From the NCBI RefSeq assembly GCF_000979455.1, contig NZ_JJOY01000052.1, positions 1-40,000 of the forward strand: a stretch of DNA of 40,000 bases. Reading direction: 5' to 3'. This DNA comes from Methanosarcina sp. 2.H.T.1A.6 (GTDB lineage: Archaea; Halobacteriota; Methanosarcinia; Methanosarcinales; Methanosarcinaceae). Positions 23,091 to 31,986 of the stretch are shown one piece after another (the first letter of the stretch is position 1; every line of letters begins with the position of its first letter). The notes beneath the pieces were generated by a model. The model was given only the letters and a program-made list of their open reading frames with translations. It searched no databases and was not told the origin of the DNA. The position numbers were made by a program, and so were the translations under genes.

Positions 23091-23170
23091 AGGGATGGGA
23101 TTCGAACCCACAAAATCCTTCGAGATCGATTTTAAGTCTGTCGCCTTTGACCGGGCAGGGCACCCTTTGC
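23087..23170 (-). pseudogene. Decayed tRNA-Leu(UAA)-like copy (casposon attachment site)
   Basis: The 84-nt sequence aligns with the intact tRNA at 23771-23855, with the same D-arm, CTTAA anticodon loop core, variable arm and T-arm. However, the acceptor stem has 2 mismatches (GCAAAGG vs CCCTCGC) and the anticodon stem keeps only 3 of 5 pairs. Confidence 0.65.
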
Positions 23171-23266
23171 ATCTTTGTCTACCGACTTATAAATAAATAT
23201 AATAAGTTTGATTTTTAATCTTTGCAAGAACTTGATCTTATTCTGTTTCTAGAGTAGCACATACAT

Positions 23267-23473
23267 TTACATAAGTTTTTTAGTGCTCTGTACTATGGTA
23301 ATTGCCCCGTGTGCGCATATATCTAAACATGAGCCGCAGTCATTGCATTTATCTTCAATCACAAATGAAATATCATCGTCATTGAAGGAAACTGCGTTTG
23401 CAGGGCATTCGCCTATGCAGCTTCCGCAACCAGCGCAGGAGTTGGCATTGATTTTTGCTACCATGGTTTTCAC
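23267..23473 (-). CDS. 2x[4Fe-4S] ferredoxin
   Basis: 68 aa with two cluster motifs, CAGCGSCIGECP and CNDCGSCLDIC. Confidence 0.85.
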   Translation of the reverse strand: MKTMVAKINANSCAGCGSCIGECPANAVSFNDDDISFVIEDKCNDCGSCLDICAHGAITIVQSTKKLM

Positions 23474-23770
23474 TCCTCATTTCATCAAGAAGTTGATTTC
23501 ACTCACCGAATTTTATATATGAATATGGTTGATGGTTCTGGTAGTCTAACGTTAAGTTAAGTCTTCGACAAATACAGCCAGGGGGCATCAAGTATTTACT
23601 TGCTAGGAAGCCCACTTCCTTTTTCTGATTTGATATATAAAAATCTATGCCATATTTATAAATATTTTTCTCTTTTAATCTGGTTGCAAGACTTAAAATT
23701 GCCACAATAAAGTAAAAACAGTTAATGTCAGGAAAATCTGAACTAAAATAAGAAATTATAACAAACTCAG

Positions 23771-23855
23771 TGCGAGGGGTGGGATTCGAACCCACGAAAT
23801 CCTTCGATACCGGATCTTAAGTCCGGCGCCTTTGACCTAGCTGGGCAACCCTCGC
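23771..23855 (-). tRNA. tRNA-Leu (anticodon UAA), type II with long variable arm
   Basis: The reverse complement is GCGAGGGTTGCCCAGCTAGGTCAAAGGCGCCGGACTTAAGATCCGGTATCGAAGGATTTCGTGGGTTCGAATCCCACCCCTCGCA. It has a perfect 7-bp acceptor stem, anticodon stem CCGGA/TCCGG with loop CTTAAGA, and a GTTCGAATC T-loop. Confidence 0.9.
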
Positions 23856-24093
23856 AAATTGAAGAGTAACTTTTTATTTTTGCCTGTCCTACCTTTAAAT
23901 AGCCTTTTTGCTTTTAGCTCTTTTCCTCGGATTTTGTTCAGTCCTGTAAATAGTTTATTAAGTTTGATGCCTTTGGACTGGCTGAACAACCTTTGCGCTT
24001 GAATAAAAGCAGGCTGGTTTTGAGCCGCAAAAATTTCCTTATGCGAACATGCACTAAATAAAGTTAAATTATTTAAAGTTTATTCTCTACTTC

Positions 24094-24849
24094 ATGGAGA
24101 TTACATTTCTTGGTACTGGAGTTGCGATCCCTGAAAAGGGTCGGGTACAGTCCGGCATACTTGTCAGGCTTGAGGACAAACCTCTGCTTATTGACTGTGG
24201 AAGCGGCGTCTTAAGCAGATTTCCCGATGCAGGAGTCCCACATACAGAAGTGGATACCGTATTTCTCTCACACCTTCACCTTGACCACGTAGCTGATTTG
24301 CTCCCTCTCATTAAAGCAAACTGGCTCAGAGGAAAAACTGAAATGCGAGTATATGGACCTGAAGGGACCGATGACTGGTTCTCGAAGGTACTTGGGGCTT
24401 ATGAGTATATTCTGGATGGAGTGGACGTGGATGTTATAGAGATCTCTCCCGGAAAGGAGTTTACGCCTGAGGGTTTTGACTGCGAGATTACCTGCGCAAC
24501 TGCTTCCCACAGTGTTCCGACTCTGGCATACCGCGTGACTGCAGAAGACGGAGAATTTGTTTACTCGGGGGATACCGAGCCCTGTCGGAATATAATGGAC
24601 CTGGCAGTTGAAGCCGACCTCCTGATACACGAATGCTCCTTCCCCCCTGGCACAAAAGTAACAAACCACACAACTCCGAGCACGCTGGCTGAAATGCTTG
24701 AAGACTACAACAAAGAGATCGGAAGTATCTGCCTCACACACTTCTATCCCGAAATGAAAGGGCATGGAAAAGAAGCAATACACCGCCTCAAGGACTATGT
24801 TGATGGAGAGGTGATCCTTGCAGAAGACCTGATGAAACTTGAAATATAA
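24094..24849 (+). CDS. Metallo-beta-lactamase-fold hydrolase (RNase Z-like family)
   Basis: MEITFLGTG...LIDCGSG...VFLSHLHLDHVADL (HxHxDH motif), 251 aa. Confidence 0.8.
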   Translation: MEITFLGTGVAIPEKGRVQSGILVRLEDKPLLIDCGSGVLSRFPDAGVPHTEVDTVFLSHLHLDHVADLLPLIKANWLRGKTEMRVYGPEGTDDWFSKVLGAYEYILDGVDVDVIEISPGKEFTPEGFDCEITCATASHSVPTLAYRVTAEDGEFVYSGDTEPCRNIMDLAVEADLLIHECSFPPGTKVTNHTTPSTLAEMLEDYNKEIGSICLTHFYPEMKGHGKEAIHRLKDYVDGEVILAEDLMKLEI

Positions 24850-25142
24850 AGGAATTTAAATTGTAATAATTAGAGCTATGAAAATTATAAATATGAAAAT
24901 TATAACTATGAAAATTTGAAATAAATATTTGAAATCTGATTATAATCATAAATTTTGTGGAATCCGGAGAAATACAGAGATTTTAACTCTCCGGTTTTCC
25001 CACCTGTTTCAAGAATTTGAGGCTTAATTCGGGATTTATGTTACCTGGATTTGCCTTATCTGGATTTTACTTACTGGAATTTACCTTATTGGAATTTTGT
25101 TTGTGAAAAGCTCTGAAAGACCAGAATTACATTTTACCCCCG

Positions 25143-25496
25143 GTGATTATCATGGCAAGAATACTTTCCGAACTTGATATTGGCATTCTGAAAACCGTTG
25201 CCCCGGAATGTGAGGGGCTCCTCTGTTCCGGCTCAGGAGTACATTATCGTTCCATTCTCCCGCCTCTGGCAAACCACTACTCAAAAGATGCAGACGATTT
25301 TCTGAGGAGGATCAAGCTGCTGTCCATGTCTGACCTTGAATACCTTGTCAGGCTCATTTTATCCGGAGAAGAAAGCCTGGGATGCGTGCCTTTTAATTAC
25401 ATTATCCTCTTTGTGGAAAATGTATCAGAAAGGCTGGGTGAAGAAGTTGCATCTCAGGTCAGAAAATCATATGATGATTCCGAATGTCCGGTCTGA
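25143..25496 (+). CDS. Hypothetical protein
   Basis: 117-aa ORF with host-like composition and no recognisable motif. The start is uncertain (MARILSEL is possible). Confidence 0.45.
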   Translation: MIIMARILSELDIGILKTVAPECEGLLCSGSGVHYRSILPPLANHYSKDADDFLRRIKLLSMSDLEYLVRLILSGEESLGCVPFNYIILFVENVSERLGEEVASQVRKSYDDSECPV

Positions 25497-25555
25497 AAAA
25501 GACTGATTCGGAATTAACTTAACGAAGGAAATCAATAAAATACGGATAAGCCTTC

Positions 25556-26896
25556 TTATGCTCTTCCGTATTTATCTTCGAGCCTTTCGATATCGTCTTC
25601 TCCAAGGTAATCCCCCTGCGCAATCTCAATAAATATCAGGTTCTGACTGCCTGTGTTTCTAACGCGGTGTACGTCGTTTACCAACAGGTCGACCGAGTTT
25701 CCGGCAAGAACTCTGATCTGGTCACCGTTTTTAGTTACAAGCCCTTCGCCGCTGATTACATGCCAGTGCTCACTTTTATGGGAATGGCGCTGAAGTGAGA
25801 TCTCTTCCTGGGGCAGGACCGTAAGGCGTTTGACCTTATACCCCGGTTTCTCTGTAAGCACCTCATAGAAGCCCCAGGGCCTTTTTGCCTCACGTTTGCA
25901 CTTTTCCAGAATTGTCTCATATACCCTGATATAGTCCTCTACCATCCGGTCAACAGAGAAGCGTTTTTCCACGCTTTCCCGGCATCTCCTGCGTGATATG
26001 GAGCTGACTTTTTGAACAGCCTCTACGGCTTCATCTGCATTGTTTACGAGGAACCCGGTCTCTCCGTCCAGGATCAGTTCAGGCATTGCCCCTCTGTTTA
26101 TCGCAATTACGGGCGTCCCGCAGGTAAGGGCTTCGACCACCCCGAGCCCGAAAGCCTCTTCATAATTGATCATGTGCAGAAGAGCACGGGCATTTGAGAG
26201 AAGCTCTTTTTTGCGTTCCTGGGATACATGCCCCTCGTAAATTATCTGCTCGTTGTCTATATGGGGCTCAACTTCATTCTTGAAATATTCAGAGTCTGCA
26301 ATAAAGCCAGCCATTCTCAATTTCATCCCGGCTTTTTTTGCAACCTGTATCGCTTCTTTTGCGCCCTTATCCCTGTGAATGCGAGATATAAAAAGAAGAT
26401 AGTCCTCCGGACTGGCATTAAAAGGAAAACTCTCGATATCTATTCCATGCCGGACCGTTGCTATATAGTCCAGTTCATTGCACCTGTAGGCATCACTTAT
26501 GGATACATAAAAAGTACTGTCGTTATATTTTTTATAGACCGGCAGAATTTTCCGTGAAGAAAAGCCGTGGATAGTTGTTACAACAGGCGTGTCTACAAGC
26601 CCACTGTAAGTAAGAGGCAGGTAATCAAAATGGTTATGAATTATATCAAATTCATTTGCCCTTTCAAAAACCTCTGATATATGAAGGCTCTCGTATACCT
26701 TTATAATCATATCTTTATCTTCTTCGTACGGCCTCGGACACACCGAATGAAGTTTGCCTGCAGTGTGCGAGTCAGCTGTTGCAAACAGCGTAACGTCAAT
26801 ACCCCGTTTCACCAGTCCCTCAGTTAATAAGGATACCATTGCCTCCCACGGGCCGTACTTTTTAGGCGGCGTGCTCCAGGCAATCGGAGATAACAT
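25556..26896 (-). CDS. GT4-type glycosyltransferase fused to a C-terminal cupin (mannose-6-phosphate isomerase-like) domain
   Basis: GT-B signature EAFGLGVVEALTCGTPVIA. The C-terminal cupin pattern is WGFYEVL...LQRHSHKSEHWHVISGEG. Confidence 0.8.
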   Translation of the reverse strand: MLSPIAWSTPPKKYGPWEAMVSLLTEGLVKRGIDVTLFATADSHTAGKLHSVCPRPYEEDKDMIIKVYESLHISEVFERANEFDIIHNHFDYLPLTYSGLVDTPVVTTIHGFSSRKILPVYKKYNDSTFYVSISDAYRCNELDYIATVRHGIDIESFPFNASPEDYLLFISRIHRDKGAKEAIQVAKKAGMKLRMAGFIADSEYFKNEVEPHIDNEQIIYEGHVSQERKKELLSNARALLHMINYEEAFGLGVVEALTCGTPVIAINRGAMPELILDGETGFLVNNADEAVEAVQKVSSISRRRCRESVEKRFSVDRMVEDYIRVYETILEKCKREAKRPWGFYEVLTEKPGYKVKRLTVLPQEEISLQRHSHKSEHWHVISGEGLVTKNGDQIRVLAGNSVDLLVNDVHRVRNTGSQNLIFIEIAQGDYLGEDDIERLEDKYGRA

Positions 26897-26967
26897 AGCA
26901 ATTCTAATAAAAGTCCCCCCAGTACTTTAAATATTTAATTTAGATATTTAAACTCCATTTCCCGCTT

Positions 26968-27990
26968 TTATTCGAAAATGATATGCCTGTGCCCTTCAAA
27001 AGCCCTGCAAAACTCTGCAGGACACTGCTCCTCGGGGCACTCATGAATATACTCAAGGACGTCACCAAGTTTTGCGCTTGCCATGGAGACAGAAGTATCC
27101 GCGCTTCCATAATAAATACGGATTTGATCGTCATTTAAAACCCATCCACAGGGAAAAACAACATCATTTACATCTCCACTGCGCTCATAGAGTTCACGGG
27201 GTCCGAAAACCCATCCTTCTGACCTGTGAAGGACTTTTCTCGGGTCTTCAAGGTCAAGAAGAGCCAGCCCAAGTCGATAACTTGTTTTTGACGTTGTTGG
27301 GCGGACTCCGTGGTACATAATTAACCATCCGTCGTATGTACGAATTGGCTGTGGGGATAAACCAATTTTACGGGCATCCCACCATCCTCCTTCCCTGGCA
27401 TACAGAAGGACCTGATGATCTCCCCAGTATCTCATATCCGGGGAAAAGGAAATCCAGATATTTGCCTTCGCGCCGCTCATTGAAGAGACCGGTCTGTGTA
27501 ACATTGCCCACCTGCCGTTAAACCTTACAGGAAACATGGCAGAATCTTTATTTTCAGGAGGCAGAGTAGCCCCTATTCGCTCAAAATTGCGAAAATCCTC
27601 TGTAAAGGCAAGTGATGTTAAGGGGCCGGAATCCGAAAAAGCAGTATATGCTACAGCCCATTTTCCCATCTCATCAATATAAGTTATACGCGGGTCTTCA
27701 ATGCCGTATATCTCTTCAGGGTAGTTTATAGCGTCCGGAGTTAAGGTCGGTTCGGTGTCAATTTCCCAGCCATCTATCCCGTTATTGCTCCTGGCTACCG
27801 TAAAGTGAGAAAAGCCCCTGTGGTCTTCAACACGCACAAGCAACAGAGTTTTACCGTCAACAATAGCGGCTGCAGGGTTAAACACCGAATTAGCCTGGTA
27901 AGGCCAGTCTTCAACAGTGAGTATGGGATTTTTTTTATGCCTTACAAACAGTTCTCCGTGGTCCTTCCAGATCATGCTGTCACTTCTCAC
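26968..27990 (-). CDS. GH130-like glycoside phosphorylase/hydrolase (beta-propeller)
   Basis: NSVFNPAAAIVDGKTLLLVRVEDHRG and IEDPRITYI... resemble the GH130 (beta-mannoside phosphorylase) family. 340 aa. Confidence 0.7.
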   Translation of the reverse strand: MRSDSMIWKDHGELFVRHKKNPILTVEDWPYQANSVFNPAAAIVDGKTLLLVRVEDHRGFSHFTVARSNNGIDGWEIDTEPTLTPDAINYPEEIYGIEDPRITYIDEMGKWAVAYTAFSDSGPLTSLAFTEDFRNFERIGATLPPENKDSAMFPVRFNGRWAMLHRPVSSMSGAKANIWISFSPDMRYWGDHQVLLYAREGGWWDARKIGLSPQPIRTYDGWLIMYHGVRPTTSKTSYRLGLALLDLEDPRKVLHRSEGWVFGPRELYERSGDVNDVVFPCGWVLNDDQIRIYYGSADTSVSMASAKLGDVLEYIHECPEEQCPAEFCRAFEGHRHIIFE

Positions 27991-27996
27991 TCTACC

Positions 27997-30372
27997 TTAT
28001 TTGCTAATAACAGGCTCTTTTTTCTTCGGCAGGACTTCTTCACTTACGGTAAGCTGGGATAGAGCACTATAAGCTTCACCTGCGTGTTTACTTAAGGAAC
28101 TTAAAGCCATGAGGAAGCAGATTACGGATTCTGCACCCTGGTTGCAGTTCATCCCATCGCAGTTGAGTCCGTCGCAGATCGCACCTGTCGAATAGTCATA
28201 CATAGGAGTTCGAAGGCGGTTTCTGCCCAGGAAATATTCAAAAGAGTATCTTGCAAGATCCAGGTATTTTCTCTCATGGACAGTTTCATAAGCCGAAATA
28301 TAAGCCTGAGTCAGGTAGCCTGCTTCGATGGGCTGCTGGTCAAAAATCGGTTTTTCTCCATCACAGGAGTACCAGCCCTGATTTCCAACAATATCAAAAA
28401 AGTCGCCTTTCCACTGGACCTCAGTAAGGAAGTCCAGGGTGGCAAGCCCAACTCTTCTGTAAGTTCGGTCTTTGGCATAGTTATACGCCAGTATAAGGGC
28501 TTCACTCAGTTTTGCATTGCTGTAGGTAACTGTGGGTTCAAACCAGTTCCAGTCTTCTTTCCGGTTAGCTTCATACAGGTCGACCAGAGAGTCTGCGTGG
28601 CTGGTAAATATGGATTCAACGGTATCTTTGTCTATAAGGGAGTCTACGGCCCTTACAGCATCCCTGCGAGAGTTAAATATGGATTCAAAAGAGTCCGCAT
28701 CCACGCCTGCCCTGAGCATTTCATACAGCCCGCACATTGTGTAGGCTTTTGCCCTCGGATAACTCAGTTTTTCCATCTGCGTTTTAGATTTACTTACAAG
28801 CGTGTGTGCAAGCGTACGTGTGTTTTTTGATAGGTAAGGGCAGCTTATCACATGCCCAAGCCCGTAGATCGCACGTCCTAGAGTATCTTCGCTGCCTTCT
28901 TCGTCCAGAAACTCCCTTTTATAGCTCATAAAGTTATGGAAGTGCCCTGTACCGGTCTGGGCATGTTCAAGAAAGCTCATGTATGTGGTAATCAACTTCC
29001 GGAGTTCCTCGGCTTTTTCCTGGCTATCGGTAAGCTGTGTCAGTGCAACGAGTCCTCTGCCCACATCATCGGTACTGTATCCGTAATGTCGGGCCGGCAC
29101 ACCCAGATTGGTATGCTGGATAATGCCCACGTCATCGGTCAGCAGTTTGAGGTGGTCAAGTTTTATTTCCGGAAGCTGATCTGGAAGGAAATTAAATCTG
29201 TTTTGTACTTTTGGATAGGAATTGTAGTGCTTTAAAACCCTGGAAAAAACAGTATTGTATTCTTTACCTATGTTTTTCCAGGTCATTTTCCTGCCAAAAC
29301 CGTATGCCTTTCTGCGCATATTCTCACACTCGTCCGGATTTTCGATTAAGTATAAAAGCGAGTTTTTAAAGCCGGCAGTGTCTCCGAAATCTACGAGCAG
29401 CCCGCGATTATCGGAAAGCATTTCCTGGGCGTACCAGTAAGGAGTGGATACTATTGCTTTTCCCATGCCTATGGCATAGGTCAGAGCGCCGCTTACTATC
29501 TGTTCTCTGGAAAGATATGGAGATGCGTAAATGTCACTGGCAAGGATATAATTGCAGAGCTCTTCTTTCTTGACAAATTTATCGTGAAACATTACGTTAT
29601 TCTCAAGCCCGAGTTCGGAAACCCTGTTCATAAGATACTTTCGATATGTCTCACCATAATGTTTTTTGATCACCGGATGGGTGGCGCCCAGTATAAGGTA
29701 AACAAGATCAGGATACTGGCTTACAACATCAGGGAGAGCCTCGAGCATATTTTCGATGCCTTTATTCTGGCTCAGCAGGCCAAAGGTAAGAATAAGGGGA
29801 GCCCCCTTCAGATTCAGCATCTGTTTATACTTGCTGCAATTGTTAAACGGATAGTCGGGTAAGCCGTGAAAAATGATCTCTATTTTTTCAGCCGGTACCT
29901 TATAAACATCTTTTAACATCTCGACTGCAGTCTGGCTCATCACAACCAGCTTTTCCGAGTATCTTATGAGTTTTTCTGTGGATGTACGGTATTCCGGTTC
30001 CGGTTCCCGGATAACTGTATGCATTGTAGTAATCACAGGCTTGTTTATTCCTGAAAGAAGAGCGAAAATATAATCGCCTGCGTTTCCCCAAAAAAGGCCG
30101 AATTCGTGTTGAAGACATACGATATCTGCATCGGACCGATTTATAAAATCTGCAGCCCGGTAGTAATCTTCGAGTTTATCCCTCTCTATTTGAAAAACAA
30201 CCTCTTCAGGATAATTGTAGGTTTCGGAAGGGTCATTAAGGGCAATGACCTCACAATGTATATCGTCATGCACCCCGGATACTGAATTCAAAAGATCAAA
30301 AGTAAATGTAGCAATCCCACATTCTTTCGGAACATAAGTTCCTATAAACAAAACTTTCAATTGCTTATTCAA
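27997..30372 (-). CDS. Group-1 (GT4-like) glycosyltransferase with a ~400-aa C-terminal domain of unknown function
   Basis: The N-terminal ~390 aa has a GT-B pattern (LKVLFIGTYVPKECGIATF...EQIVSGALTYAIGMGKAIVSTP). The C-terminal half is helical and unrecognised. Confidence 0.75.
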   Translation of the reverse strand: MNKQLKVLFIGTYVPKECGIATFTFDLLNSVSGVHDDIHCEVIALNDPSETYNYPEEVVFQIERDKLEDYYRAADFINRSDADIVCLQHEFGLFWGNAGDYIFALLSGINKPVITTMHTVIREPEPEYRTSTEKLIRYSEKLVVMSQTAVEMLKDVYKVPAEKIEIIFHGLPDYPFNNCSKYKQMLNLKGAPLILTFGLLSQNKGIENMLEALPDVVSQYPDLVYLILGATHPVIKKHYGETYRKYLMNRVSELGLENNVMFHDKFVKKEELCNYILASDIYASPYLSREQIVSGALTYAIGMGKAIVSTPYWYAQEMLSDNRGLLVDFGDTAGFKNSLLYLIENPDECENMRRKAYGFGRKMTWKNIGKEYNTVFSRVLKHYNSYPKVQNRFNFLPDQLPEIKLDHLKLLTDDVGIIQHTNLGVPARHYGYSTDDVGRGLVALTQLTDSQEKAEELRKLITTYMSFLEHAQTGTGHFHNFMSYKREFLDEEGSEDTLGRAIYGLGHVISCPYLSKNTRTLAHTLVSKSKTQMEKLSYPRAKAYTMCGLYEMLRAGVDADSFESIFNSRRDAVRAVDSLIDKDTVESIFTSHADSLVDLYEANRKEDWNWFEPTVTYSNAKLSEALILAYNYAKDRTYRRVGLATLDFLTEVQWKGDFFDIVGNQGWYSCDGEKPIFDQQPIEAGYLTQAYISAYETVHERKYLDLARYSFEYFLGRNRLRTPMYDYSTGAICDGLNCDGMNCNQGAESVICFLMALSSLSKHAGEAYSALSQLTVSEEVLPKKKEPVISK

Positions 30373-30409
30373 CTATTTTCCCCCTAACTTATAGTAATCA
30401 GGGTTGTAC

Positions 30410-30521
30410 TCCCGCTAACAGAAAAAGCACTTAAGTAAGCATAAATTCCCACTAACAGAACTTTAAGCACTTAATTAAGCATGCTCCCCACTCAGTAACG
30501 CTTAATTAAGTCGTACTCCCC
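30410..30521. repeat. Degenerate ~37-bp tandem repeat (3 copies) with palindromic CTTAAKTAAG cores, upstream of the glycosyltransferase operon
   Basis: Units at 30410-30446, 30447-30484 and 30485-30516, each TCCC(R)CTAACAG...GC(A)CTTAA(G/T)TAAGC. The perfect palindrome CTTAATTAAG occurs twice. Confidence 0.7.
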
Positions 30522-31986
30522 AGTTTTTTCAATTATACTTCATTTCTCTGCTGTGTTTTCAGATCAATACATATCAGCTTCTATAATCGATGTGAACAGC
30601 TTCTGTATCGATGTGAAGACTATATGTCCACAAAGTTATTGCCGTATCGGATTAAACATATATTGGATATATTTTATCGTAAAATCCGCAACTGGTTGAA
30701 AAAGATGTAGTTATTAATCGAAAACATGTCGTTAATCGAAAACATGTCGTTTTGTTTCGAGGATCCTTATCATCAACCGCTCAACTTACTGATAACACGC
30801 GATAAATTTATGATCCACGCCCGCTCACATACTTTGCAAAAATTTAGCTAAATGAGTAACAAAATATTGATTAGATATATCAATTGTATTCAATGATATT
30901 TAATATTATTTATAAATATAATTAAACTAGTTAACTGAAAAAAATGATATAACTTTTATAATATATTGTAATTTTAAATGGCCCGACAAATATCTTTTAA
31001 ACAAAAAATTATGGGGGAAATAAAGTAGCATAGTAATCTTAAACTAGATTTTTGTTTCCTGCTACTGTATACAGTATGATTATTTTTTCTGATTTTCAAC
31101 TTATGGATTTTGAATGTGAATAACTTTTAACCATATCGATTTTTACCTTAATTGAGCCTGCTGTGATATTTCTCGTAAAATAATAAAATAAAAGCTGTTA
31201 TAATGTATAAAATTCTGCAGTGAGATCTGTATTTTGTTCAGGAGAATTAATCCAAAGTAGATCCGGGCGCAACCGTGAATATGAAAACCAGGCATTTCAG
31301 AGTAAATAATTGATAATATGTGACCTGCTGAAAGCGCGGTAAAAACGAAACCGGAAAATAAAGCTTTTTAAGCATCTTCGAAGTTATACGAATGAATTCA
31401 AAATTGTTAGAGCATAATCTACAAAAAATCATTTTTTCATAAAATTCCAGGGCATTTTAAAAAATAACTCATCTCTATGATTTAAAGTCAAATATCCCAA
31501 TAGATAATGATTTTTGTTTTTCCTGCTTTCACATTATCTCTTTTTCCAAACTGTATAAAATATTTTAATATGTATCGCGAATATTTTTATAATATAACAT
31601 ATAAAGTACAATATCACATGTCAAATTAATTTAGTAAATAGAATGAGATTTATTTATACTGTTTGATACTGGGAGAATCTATTCAAGCGAGGGATAAAAT
31701 CCTGAAAATGGAAGCTCATGTGCTATCTTTACGGTCCATTAACCTGATGAGATAGCCTCTGATCCGGATACATTTTAGGATTATTTCTGGAATTTCAAAA
31801 CTGTGATAGTGGATACTGTCTGCCAGATCCTTCCTTATTTCTCATACGTGAAAAGTACAATCATAATGTGCACCGAGCCAGAATTCAAATTATTAACAAA
31901 TTTGGAAATCATACAGAATAAATTGGAATCATACAGAATAAATTTTTATTTTAAGTCAATTAAAATTTTATTAAATAGTATTACAG

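Noticed and set aside
23087-23170. Calling this a second functional tRNA-Leu
   Set aside because: There are two acceptor-stem mismatches and only 3 of 5 anticodon-stem pairs when folded like the intact copy. It is annotated as a decayed copy pending a tRNA-scanner score.
23499-23795. 98-aa ORF (MGSNPTPRTEF...)
   Set aside because: Its 5' end is the reverse reading of the tRNA-Leu gene at 23771-23855, and the rest is AT-rich intergenic sequence. It is spurious.
24268-24783. 171-aa and 61-aa minus-strand ORFs inside the MBL hydrolase gene
   Set aside because: They are antisense to a gene with a clear HxHxDH motif and have no motifs of their own.
28276-29862. Several plus-strand ORFs (184, 70, 99, 61 and 92 aa) within 27997-30372
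   Set aside because: All are antisense to the 791-aa glycosyltransferase ORF, which has a coherent GT-B pattern. They are typical shadow ORFs.
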